Origin: Edaphobacter aggregans
Lineage (GTDB): Bacteria; Acidobacteriota; Terriglobia; Terriglobales; Acidobacteriaceae
Direction of reading: 5' to 3'
Assembly (NCBI GenBank): GCA_022736715.1
Contig: DZDJ01000002.1
Coordinates: 26,149-90,148 of the forward strand
DNA: 64,000 nt
This document shows positions 19,840-27,891 of the stretch, in pieces. Numbering within the stretch: the first letter of the stretch is position 1; the number at the start of each line of letters is the position of its first letter. The position numbers and the translations under genes were made by a program. The notes below the pieces were generated by a model that did not search any database, was not told where the DNA came from, and saw nothing but the letters and a program-made list of their open reading frames with translations.

Positions 19840-21335
19840 ATTCTGTTAGTTACTGGGAGTTGTTACAACTAACCTGGCCGCAAGTGATCCTGGTGCTAAC
19901 TGCCTTTATGGTATTGACGCTGGATTTGACGTGGCTCCATAACATACAGCCCCGTAAGAGATTTATTTCTGCATCGATGATTGCTGCTGCTGGATGTGTT
20001 CTGGCATGGTTGCATCTGCTGGTGTGGCCTGCTTTTGGCAATTTTCTGGGAGGGGTGCTGATTGCGGACCCGCTCACAAGATTTGTCCAGATCGCACTAA
20101 TATCGCTGACTATAGTTTCGGTGCTGTTGTCCGCTCTATATACCCATACCCAACATTATGGGGAATATCTTTTACTGATCTTATTTGCGACTGTGGGGGC
20201 ACTTTTTCTAGTGGCCACACAGAACCTGCTTGTACTTTTTGTTTCTCTCGAACTGTTGAGCCTCTCGCTGTATGTCCTCACAGCCTTTGATAAAGGCAGC
20301 GCGCGTTCTGCAGAAGCGGCACTAAAATATTTTATATTTGGGGGAGTTTCAGCTGCTTTTTTGCTTTTCGGGTTCAGCCTGCTTTACGGGATTTCCAACT
20401 CGATCAATCTCAAAGAAATTGCCCAGGCGATTCATGGGCCGACTCTTCCCCCGTTGTTCATCATTGCGCTTGGGGCAACGGTGATTGGGCTTGGTTTTAA
20501 GGTGGCGGCCGTGCCATTTCATTTTTGGGCCCCGGATGTATATGAGGGCGCCCCAGTGGCAAGCGCCGCGATGATTGCTTCTATGTCCAAGGTGGCCAGT
20601 TTCTTTTTGCTCTTTCAATTCGTGGTGATTGGATTTGCCGGAGTGCAAGGGGATGCAGCCTGGAGGCATCTGCTTCCTGGTTGGACCCCCGTGCTGGCAG
20701 CCGCCGCAGTGCTTTCTATGTTACTGGGCAATCTTGTGGCGATTGTGCAGAGCAGTGTGCGAAGGCTGCTGGCATATTCTGCGATTGCACATGCGGGGTA
20801 TATGTTGCTTTCCGTAGTCGCTCACACGCAGCAGAGCCTTGCAGCGCTGCTTTATTATGTGGTGACTTATGCGCTGACAACCATAGGCGCTTTTGTGGTC
20901 GTGGCCGTAGTGCAGGAACAAGCAGGGAATGATGATCTGAAGAGTTTTTCTGGGCTAAGCCGGCGTGATCCAGTACTGGCAATGGGAATGGTTGTCTTTG
21001 TTCTGTCGCTGGCGGGGATTCCACCGTTTGCAGGGTTTTTTGCCAAGTTCTATTTATTTGTAGCTGTTCTCCATGCCACGCCGGGGTCCCTCGGTTTGCT
21101 GTGGCTGGTTATTCTGGCGACCGCAATGAGCGCAGTTTCTTTCTACTACTACCTTCAAGTGTTGAAGCGTGTTTATGTGATGGATGCGCCCGAGGAAGCA
21201 AGCAGCCGGTTGTGTGCTCCGCCGCTGATACGGCTGATCGTGCTCCTATTGGCAGGTGCGGTGGTGGTGTTGGGATGCGCACCTGAGCTGTTAGTCAGGC
21301 CAATCGAAATAGCCATTCAGTCGGCTGGCATGTGA
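19836..21335 (+). CDS. nuoN: NADH-quinone oxidoreductase subunit N
   Basis: ND2/NuoN-type ORF with FHFWAPDVYEGAPVASAAMIASMSKVASF. ATGA overlap with the preceding gene. Confidence 0.9.
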   Translation: MNSVSYWELLQLTWPQVILVLTAFMVLTLDLTWLHNIQPRKRFISASMIAAAGCVLAWLHLLVWPAFGNFLGGVLIADPLTRFVQIALISLTIVSVLLSALYTHTQHYGEYLLLILFATVGALFLVATQNLLVLFVSLELLSLSLYVLTAFDKGSARSAEAALKYFIFGGVSAAFLLFGFSLLYGISNSINLKEIAQAIHGPTLPPLFIIALGATVIGLGFKVAAVPFHFWAPDVYEGAPVASAAMIASMSKVASFFLLFQFVVIGFAGVQGDAAWRHLLPGWTPVLAAAAVLSMLLGNLVAIVQSSVRRLLAYSAIAHAGYMLLSVVAHTQQSLAALLYYVVTYALTTIGAFVVVAVVQEQAGNDDLKSFSGLSRRDPVLAMGMVVFVLSLAGIPPFAGFFAKFYLFVAVLHATPGSLGLLWLVILATAMSAVSFYYYLQVLKRVYVMDAPEEASSRLCAPPLIRLIVLLLAGAVVVLGCAPELLVRPIEIAIQSAGM

Positions 21336-21377
21336 GTGGAAGTGCGTGTTTACTTCCATCCACATCCCGCTCCGCCA

Positions 21378-22451
21378 TCAGCCCGGTTCCTGCTGTGTCA
21401 TGCAGTGCAGCGCGCCAAGCCCCCAGATGAGGTCGCCAGAATGAATGCCAACGATCTCGCGATCCGGGAAGCATTCGGCGAGAATATTCAGGGCCCGGCG
21501 ATCATTCGGATCATTAAAAGTTGGTACCAGCACAATCTGGTTGGCGATGTAGAAATTGCCATAACTGGCAGGCAGGCGCTGGCCATCAAAAACAACCGGC
21601 GCTGGCATTGGCAATTCGACGATGCGGAAGTGCTTGCCTTCTGAACTGCGCGCTGCACGTAAACGGTTCAGGTTCTCAGCGAGTGGCAAGTGGTTTTCGT
21701 CATGCGTGTTGTGCTCCACGCAGGTAACGATGGTGTTCTCACTGGCAAAACGGGTGATGTCATCCACATGGCCATGAGTGTCATCCCCCGCGCAACCGCG
21801 ATTGAGCCAGATGACCTGGTCGATTCCAAGGTAATTCGAAAATACAGCTTCTAACTGCTCGCGGGTTACTCCAGGATTACGTTGCTGCACATCACTAAGA
21901 AGGCACTCCTCTGTCGTCAGTAAAACTCCAGCTCCGTTGGTATCGATACTGCCGCCTTCGAGCACAATGCGATGCTCCGTGCCATTGGCCAGAGTTACAG
22001 TTGGTTGCCACTGCTGCATGTTATAGAGTTTGGCAACTTGTCCGGGAATCTGGTCATCATTGTGCCAGTTGTCATACTTGGCCCAGGCATTGAACATCCA
22101 ATTAGTGAGCCCAGGGTTGCCCTCTGTATTACGAACGAAGACCGGTCCTGAGTCGCGCAGCCAGACGCGGTCCGTGCGCCACGGATGAAAATGCAGCCTC
22201 GCCAGGTTTGCACCACTACGCCGCAGAATGCTGATGGCGCGTTTTTCCAGCGCAGCATCGTTCACCAGGATGTGCACATCTTCTACCTGTGACAGATGGC
22301 GGACAATGTCCGCGTAGACCCACGGAATGGGCTGAAACTTGCCAGGCCAGTCCTCGGCATTGTGCGGCCACGCAATCCAGGTAGCTGCATGCTTTTCCCA
22401 TTCGGCGGGCATGTGGTAGCCCTGGGCGCGGGGAGTGTTTTTGGTCATCAT
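21378..22451 (-). CDS. aguA: agmatine deiminase
   Basis: YHMPAEWEKHAATWIAWPH at the N-terminus and GALHCMTQQEP (catalytic Cys) at the C-terminus, as in the PAD_porph family. ATG 22451. Confidence 0.9.
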   Translation of the reverse strand: MMTKNTPRAQGYHMPAEWEKHAATWIAWPHNAEDWPGKFQPIPWVYADIVRHLSQVEDVHILVNDAALEKRAISILRRSGANLARLHFHPWRTDRVWLRDSGPVFVRNTEGNPGLTNWMFNAWAKYDNWHNDDQIPGQVAKLYNMQQWQPTVTLANGTEHRIVLEGGSIDTNGAGVLLTTEECLLSDVQQRNPGVTREQLEAVFSNYLGIDQVIWLNRGCAGDDTHGHVDDITRFASENTIVTCVEHNTHDENHLPLAENLNRLRAARSSEGKHFRIVELPMPAPVVFDGQRLPASYGNFYIANQIVLVPTFNDPNDRRALNILAECFPDREIVGIHSGDLIWGLGALHCMTQQEPG

Positions 22452-22455
22452 ATGC

Positions 22456-23367
22456 TTACTTCCCATCCAGAAAGCGGCTGGTGATGTTGCCATACGCGTC
22501 AATGCGGCGGTCGCGCAGGAAAGGCCAGTTGCGGCGCGTGTCCTCCAACAGTTTCAGGTCAATCTCCGCAATCAGGATGTCCTCGGCATCCTGCGGAGCT
22601 TTGGCCACAAGGCGGCCGAACGGATCCGCCAGGAACGATCCTCCCCAGAACTCCAGCCCGGCGCCGTCCACGCGGTTGCCTTTTACGTCGCCGTGCTCAT
22701 GGCCAACGCGGTTTACTCCGGCCACATACACGCCGTTTGCGATCGCATGGCCGCGCTGGATGGTCTGCCATGCCGAGTATTGCGCATCGCCAAATTCTTC
22801 TTTTTCTGCCGGATGCCAGCCAATCGCCGTGGGGTAGAAAAGCGTCGTCGCTCCCTGCAGAGCGGTGATGCGTGCGCCTTCGGGATACCACTGGTCCCAG
22901 CAGACCAGCGTGCCAATGCACCCAAAACTGGTATTGACCGCCTTGAAGCCCAGATCTCCCGGAGTGAAGTAGAACTTCTCGTAGTAGAGTGGGTCGTCTG
23001 GAATGTGCATCTTGCGGTAGATGTCGAGCACGGACCCGTCTTTCTCCAGATACGCGGCTGTGTTGTGGTAGAGTCCGGGAGCGCGGCGCTCAAACAGGGA
23101 AGCAATGATGACGACTTGTTCTTCGCGGGCAACAGCGGCCAGATGTTCAGTCGAAGGGCCGGGAATCGGCTCGGCAATATCAAACAGCGCATGGTCTTCG
23201 CGCTGGCAAAAGTATTGAGCGCGGAAAAGCTCTGGCAGACAGACGATCTGGGCTCCGGCGCGGGCTGCCTCGCGCACGCGGACGGCAGCTTTTTCCAGGT
23301 TGGCGTCCGTATCCGGGCTGCAGGACATCTGGATCAGGCCGACACGGTAGTTCTTTTCCATAGGCAT
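22456..23367 (-). CDS. aguB: N-carbamoylputrescine amidase (carbon-nitrogen hydrolase family)
   Basis: CN-hydrolase fold with RVGLIQMSCS..., IVCLPELF and GTLVCWDQWYPE (catalytic Cys). Sits between pdaD and aguA. Start is 23367 or 23361. Confidence 0.85.
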   Translation of the reverse strand: MPMEKNYRVGLIQMSCSPDTDANLEKAAVRVREAARAGAQIVCLPELFRAQYFCQREDHALFDIAEPIPGPSTEHLAAVAREEQVVIIASLFERRAPGLYHNTAAYLEKDGSVLDIYRKMHIPDDPLYYEKFYFTPGDLGFKAVNTSFGCIGTLVCWDQWYPEGARITALQGATTLFYPTAIGWHPAEKEEFGDAQYSAWQTIQRGHAIANGVYVAGVNRVGHEHGDVKGNRVDGAGLEFWGGSFLADPFGRLVAKAPQDAEDILIAEIDLKLLEDTRRNWPFLRDRRIDAYGNITSRFLDGK

Positions 23368-23438
23368 AGTTCTATTCTCGCAAATCAAAAGGCGCTGCTC
23401 GCTGGGCAGCGCCTTTGCCTATTTTAGATGGAGTGGCG

Positions 23439-23984
23439 TCACTCCAGAATCAAAATTGCGGCAGCGAGGGTCGTTGTCCAGCGGCCATTTTTGTCGCCCA
23501 CGGCAGATTGCGTCACATTGGCCGTGCGCACGATCTTATTGGAAATACGATAGATCTCCTTTTTCTCGTCCCAGCTCTTGTCCGGGTCAAACTCCACGTT
23601 GAGCGTCGTCGCCAGCATCTCTGCGGCCAGTTCTTCTGCATAGTCCCCGGCCTGGTCTTCGGTTTCGCCAAAGCTGTGGTGCTCGCTCAGGTAGCCATAC
23701 ATCTCCCGGTCCGCAGGAATGGCCACGCCGATGCTGGAAGCAACCAGGCGGTGCGGCTCGCGGGTGGAGTTTTCCGCCACCACGGCAAAAACCACCTCGC
23801 CGGGTGAAAGATACTTCAGCCCTTCCTTTCTGGGGATCAACCTGGCCTGGGGTGGAAAGATCGAAGAAACGCGCACCAGATTCTGGGCGGCAATCCCGGC
23901 GTCCCGCAACGCCAGTTCGAAGGAGGTGAGGCGTTCCTTGTGTTTGCCAACGCCTTTGGTAAAGAAGAGCTTCTTTGGCACCAT
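23439..23984 (-). CDS. pdaD: pyruvoyl-dependent arginine decarboxylase
   Basis: [31 protein letters not shown]...[10 protein letters not shown] (Ser-Ser self-cleavage site) is typical PdaD. ATG 23984 preferred to TTG 23996. Confidence 0.88.
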   Translation of the reverse strand: MVPKKLFFTKGVGKHKERLTSFELALRDAGIAAQNLVRVSSIFPPQARLIPRKEGLKYLSPGEVVFAVVAENSTREPHRLVASSIGVAIPADREMYGYLSEHHSFGETEDQAGDYAEELAAEMLATTLNVEFDPDKSWDEKKEIYRISNKIVRTANVTQSAVGDKNGRWTTTLAAAILILE

Positions 23985-24380
23985 GTTCTTGCCCAATTCG
24001 TAAACCCCCCGTTTTTGAGGTCAAGTTTGCAAATCCGGTCTGAGTCGGTCGATTTCCAGATCGGCTAAACCGTATCACAAGAATGGCCATGTCTGGAGAA
24101 TTTTGCAGAGGAGGGCAGGGACGGGTGTATTTGGATGAGGCACTTTGCTCCGTGACTTCTGGCCGGATTGTGTGAGAAAAATGAATCCTTTGTGAAATTT
24201 CCCAACTCCCCCGTTGATTTTTTGATAATTTGTAAGAGTAGAAGGCAGGTTTTGTCGGCTGCGTACCATCCTGAGTCATAACAAAAAGATAAAACTTACT
24301 TAAAACAACATAAAGATAGAAGTCACATACTTGTAGCACTGCAAAAAGTGGGCCATTTTGTACCTATCCAAAGGAGATTC

Positions 24381-25811
24381 ATGTCAAACGAACTTCGTAA
24401 TTATCTGGCGCTGTCGTATGAAGAATTAGAAGAGTTGAATCTGCAGGCCAAAGCGCAGCGGAAGTCACGCGTAGCCGCACACGTCATTCAGGAAGAGCGC
24501 CTGAAGTACCTGGCCGATGAGAAGCGGATCAAGGCAGTCACAGTGCTTTTCAGTGACCTTGAAGGTCGCTTGCACATGCTCGACTATGACAAGAAGTTCT
24601 TGTTGAAGAGCTGGGACAATCTGACCTTTGACGGCTCTTCGATCCGCGGCTTTACTGCCCAGCGGGAGAGCGATCTGCGCCTGGCGCTTGACTGGAGCGC
24701 ATTCTACTGGACTCCGGCCGACGTGTTTGGCTCCGGCAAGATCCTCGTCTTCGGCGAGGTCATTGATAAGAACGGATCACCCTACAGCGGCGACATTCGC
24801 GGCGTACTCAAGAAGTTTGCCAACGATCTCCACTCCAAGCAGGGTTATACCCTGAATGCCGCCAATGAGATTGAAGGCTTCCTCTTTGCAGGCACTGACG
24901 CCGAGCGCAGGTTCCACGAGACCGGCAAGTTTGAGTACGTCAATCATGGTGGTTATTACCACTCGCTGCCCAGCGACCCGCTGCGTACCTTTATTGACAC
25001 CACTGCCGAAGTGCAGCGTGCAATGGGTTTTGAGAACGAAAAGGACCACCCGGAAGTGGCCCCCTCCCAGTTCGAAATCAACTATAGCTATGGCGAAGTA
25101 GTTGCAGCGGCCGACCAGATTCAGCTCTACAAGCTGATCTGCCGTGAAGTGGCGACCCAGATGGACATGACGGCCAGCTTCCTGCCGAAGCCGGTAGTTG
25201 GCGTCAATGGCAATGGTATGCACACCAACGTCTCCATCACCAAGGGCGGCAAAAACCTGTTCTGGGACCCGAAGGGAGAGGAGAAGATCAGCAAGTTTGC
25301 ATGGCAGTTTGTGGACCGCATTCTGACCCACGGCAATGACATCTGCCTGCTGCTGAATGCCAGCGTGAACTCCTATCGCCGTCTCGATCCGCACTTTGAA
25401 GCACCGAATCAGATCAAGGCCTCGGCCGTAGATCGCGGCTCCATGGTGCGAATCCCGATTGGCAACGAGAAGAGCGCCCGTCTCGAGGTCCGCTCGGTTG
25501 CTCCGGACGCGAATCCTTACATGGTGCTTTACTCTGTCTTCGGCACAGGCCTGAACGGCGAGACGGCCCGCATCAAAAACCTGCGCCAGGCGGAACGTTA
25601 CCTGCCGGACAATATCTACACGGCGCTGGAAAACTTCCGCAACGCGGAGTGGACTGGCAAGCTGCTGGGCGAGGATGTCAAGGAGCGCTATGCTGATCTG
25701 AAGCAGGCTTCAGCAGACCGCTGCCCGCGTCTGCTCGGCACCACGGTAAAGGCTTCGGAAGTGCAGTTCCATCACGAAGTCTATAACCAGTTGCTCTGGG
25801 GCAAGTTCTGA
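24381..25811 (+). CDS. glutamine synthetase-family ligase (GSI-like, 476 aa)
   Basis: AAGGAG RBS 5 nt before ATG 24381. GS motifs FDGSSIRGF, NEIEGFLF, NGNGMHTNVS and NSYRRLDPHFEAPNQIKASAVDRGSMVRIP. A charged ~45-aa N-terminal extension precedes them. Confidence 0.85.
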   Translation: MSNELRNYLALSYEELEELNLQAKAQRKSRVAAHVIQEERLKYLADEKRIKAVTVLFSDLEGRLHMLDYDKKFLLKSWDNLTFDGSSIRGFTAQRESDLRLALDWSAFYWTPADVFGSGKILVFGEVIDKNGSPYSGDIRGVLKKFANDLHSKQGYTLNAANEIEGFLFAGTDAERRFHETGKFEYVNHGGYYHSLPSDPLRTFIDTTAEVQRAMGFENEKDHPEVAPSQFEINYSYGEVVAAADQIQLYKLICREVATQMDMTASFLPKPVVGVNGNGMHTNVSITKGGKNLFWDPKGEEKISKFAWQFVDRILTHGNDICLLLNASVNSYRRLDPHFEAPNQIKASAVDRGSMVRIPIGNEKSARLEVRSVAPDANPYMVLYSVFGTGLNGETARIKNLRQAERYLPDNIYTALENFRNAEWTGKLLGEDVKERYADLKQASADRCPRLLGTTVKASEVQFHHEVYNQLLWGKF

Positions 25812-25833
25812 GCGGCTGCATTTCGGAAGCGGG

Positions 25834-25951
25834 TATGGCGGTTTTCCAGTTGGTGTAGCGGGAACGTGATGCCCTGAAATGGCTTTTTTTCTCAAGAAAA
25901 AGCCATCCGGCATATTCCTGGAAACTCCACGAAAACTGGGGAACCGCTATA
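25834..25951 (+). repeat. 118-bp hairpin-forming MITE/REP-like element, copy A
   Basis: About 95% identical to 63687-63803. 18-nt terminal inverted repeats TATGGCGGTTTTCCAGTT / AACTGGGGAACCGCTATA. Central hairpin ATGGCTTTTT..GAAAAAGCCAT. Confidence 0.8.
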
Positions 25952-25957
25952 ATCCGG

Positions 25958-25995
25958 GGGCATGGTCTTGTGGCCATGCCCTTCTTCATTTTTTT
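25958..25995 (+). terminator. Rho-independent terminator of the GS-like gene
   Basis: Stem GGGCATGG (25958-65) / CCATGCCC (25974-81) followed by TTCTTCATTTTTTT. Confidence 0.65.
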
Positions 25996-26057
25996 GACTT
26001 TTCGGGCCGGCTGGTGCATCCTTGGCGCGTCGATGTTTCTGCATAAGGAGGAGCAGG

Positions 26058-26825
26058 ATGCCGGAAGAGCAGAAATCTGGAATGCAAATACAGTCCGCGA
26101 TCGCTTTTGGAGGGCTGATCGCCTTGGGTCTGGTTCTTGGCGGCTGGATTCTGGGGGCCCAGATCAAAGCCACCCGCCTGAGCGACCGTTATGTGACCGT
26201 CAAAGGGCTGGTGGAGCGCACCGTGAAGTCGGACCTGGCAATCTGGCCGATCAGCTTCAAGGAGGCAGGGAACGACCTGTCACAGGTGTATGCCAAAAGC
26301 CAGGCGGACAAGGGCGCGGTGCTCAAATTTCTGGCGGATCAGGGCATTCCCAAGCAGGACATCGATCTGGGCCAGATTCGCGTCGTTGATACGGAAGCCA
26401 ATGAGTACGGCGGTGGCAACCGTGGGCCGAACCGCTACATCGTCGAGCAGCAGATCACTGTCCGTTCCGCCAATGTGGATAAAGTGGCAGCCGCCGGTCA
26501 AAAGACCGCAGAGCTGGTGCAGGCTGGCGTGGTGCTTTCCAGCAATCCGGGGCAGGGCGGTATCACCTATAAATTCAATGGTTTGAACTCTATCAAGCCG
26601 GACATGATTACCGTGGCCACCAAGAATGCCCGTGCCGCTGCTGACCGCTTTGCCGCTGATTCCGGCAGTGTAGTGGGATCGATTCGGCAGGCCAATCAGG
26701 GAACATTCACCATTTTGCCGGCAGATTCCGGCGGCGATGGCGAGTACGGTGGCTACCAGGCTGACAGCAGCATCATGAAGAAGGTTCGCGTAGTGGCCAC
26801 AGTCGAGTATTACCTGGACAAGTGA
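26058..26825 (+). CDS. SIMPL (DUF541) domain protein, membrane-anchored
   Basis: AAGGAGG RBS before ATG 26058 and an N-terminal TM (AIAFGGLIALGLVLGGWILG). The overall pattern resembles SIMPL/26-kDa periplasmic immunogenic proteins; recognised from memory only. Confidence 0.6.
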   Translation: MPEEQKSGMQIQSAIAFGGLIALGLVLGGWILGAQIKATRLSDRYVTVKGLVERTVKSDLAIWPISFKEAGNDLSQVYAKSQADKGAVLKFLADQGIPKQDIDLGQIRVVDTEANEYGGGNRGPNRYIVEQQITVRSANVDKVAAAGQKTAELVQAGVVLSSNPGQGGITYKFNGLNSIKPDMITVATKNARAAADRFAADSGSVVGSIRQANQGTFTILPADSGGDGEYGGYQADSSIMKKVRVVATVEYYLDK

Positions 26826-26851
26826 GCCTTGCAGGCCCGCTTCTCCGGGTC

Positions 26852-27754
26852 CTATTGGTGCTGCATCGACTTCGGCTTGCGTGTGATCAGGAAGATAATG
26901 CCGATCAGGGCCAGAATCGAGGCCATGGCGGCGATGCTCAGCACCCGCAGGATGGACACAGTGTATTTGCCCACTGCCGGGTTGTAGCTACAGCAATAAA
27001 GCAAAAACAGGTCGGCCGCGTTGCCGATTTTATGGGCCGAAGCATCCACCAGCGCCAGCCGCACGTCCCGCTCCGGATAGTCGATGCCGGAAAGATATTT
27101 CGACATGCGTCCGTCTGGCGTTGCGAACATGATGACGCTGGAGTGGGCAAACTGGGTCATCTGGCCATCCGGGCCGGGAACGCGGACGTAGTGAAACCCG
27201 GTGGCCGCGGCCAGCGCCTCAATGGATGCTTCTTTGCCCACCAAGTAATGCACGCTGCTGGCCGCTGCCGGATCGCCCAGCATGGTCAGGAAGTGCTGCT
27301 TTTCTGAGGCCGCCTCCGCGGGCGTGTCGGTCGGGTCGATGCTCGCAATCAGCACATCGTAGTCCTTGCCCGGCTTGAAGCCAACTTTCTTCAGCGCGCC
27401 AGCCAACCCCTGCTGCACCTGCGGGCATAGCAGCGCGCATTTGAAATAGACCAGAGCCATCACCACTGGACGCTTGCCGAAAAAGTGGCCCAGCGGGACA
27501 GTCTGCCCGGTAGAGTCCGTAAACTCCGCCTGCAAGGGCAGTTCCTGGTTCAGGCGTTGCTGAATACCGGCGTGCTTCAGATAATCCGGCAGTGCCTGCG
27601 CATTGCTGCCAAGCGGCTGCTCGGCGGAATATTGCGCAAAGGTGGGAGCGGCACACAACAGAACGGCGGAAAAAAGAATGAGAGCGCGATTCCAATAGGA
27701 CACTGCAGAATCTCCCCGGCAGTGCCTGGGCGCGCCGCACTGCACCAACATCAT
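26852..27754 (-). CDS. SCO1/SenC-family copper chaperone/thiol-disulfide protein with C-terminal TM
   Basis: Thioredoxin-like core with VYFKCALLCPQV (CxxxC) and a downstream His (FAHSSVIMF). N-terminal signal/TM and C-terminal TM. Start uncertain (27754 or 27811). Confidence 0.7.
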   Translation of the reverse strand: MMLVQCGAPRHCRGDSAVSYWNRALILFSAVLLCAAPTFAQYSAEQPLGSNAQALPDYLKHAGIQQRLNQELPLQAEFTDSTGQTVPLGHFFGKRPVVMALVYFKCALLCPQVQQGLAGALKKVGFKPGKDYDVLIASIDPTDTPAEAASEKQHFLTMLGDPAAASSVHYLVGKEASIEALAAATGFHYVRVPGPDGQMTQFAHSSVIMFATPDGRMSKYLSGIDYPERDVRLALVDASAHKIGNAADLFLLYCCSYNPAVGKYTVSILRVLSIAAMASILALIGIIFLITRKPKSMQHQ

Positions 27755-27891
27755 AGTCACGCAACCCGGAATTGGCGAGCAGGATTTCAGGGACGTAGTT
27801 TCAGATAGCAAGATTTACAATTGCAACTTGTATTTTCAGGGTGTTAGCCTTTTCCTGCTTTGATACCGCTTCATCCAGAGAGGCCTTTTCC

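Noticed and set aside
23985-24380. Possible riboswitch or leader (for example a glutamine riboswitch) in the long spacer upstream of the GS-like gene
   Set aside because: I could not fold or recognise any known riboswitch core by eye. The GGCACTTTGCTC stretch has the wrong spacing for a sigma-54 promoter. A covariance-model scan is needed for any claim.
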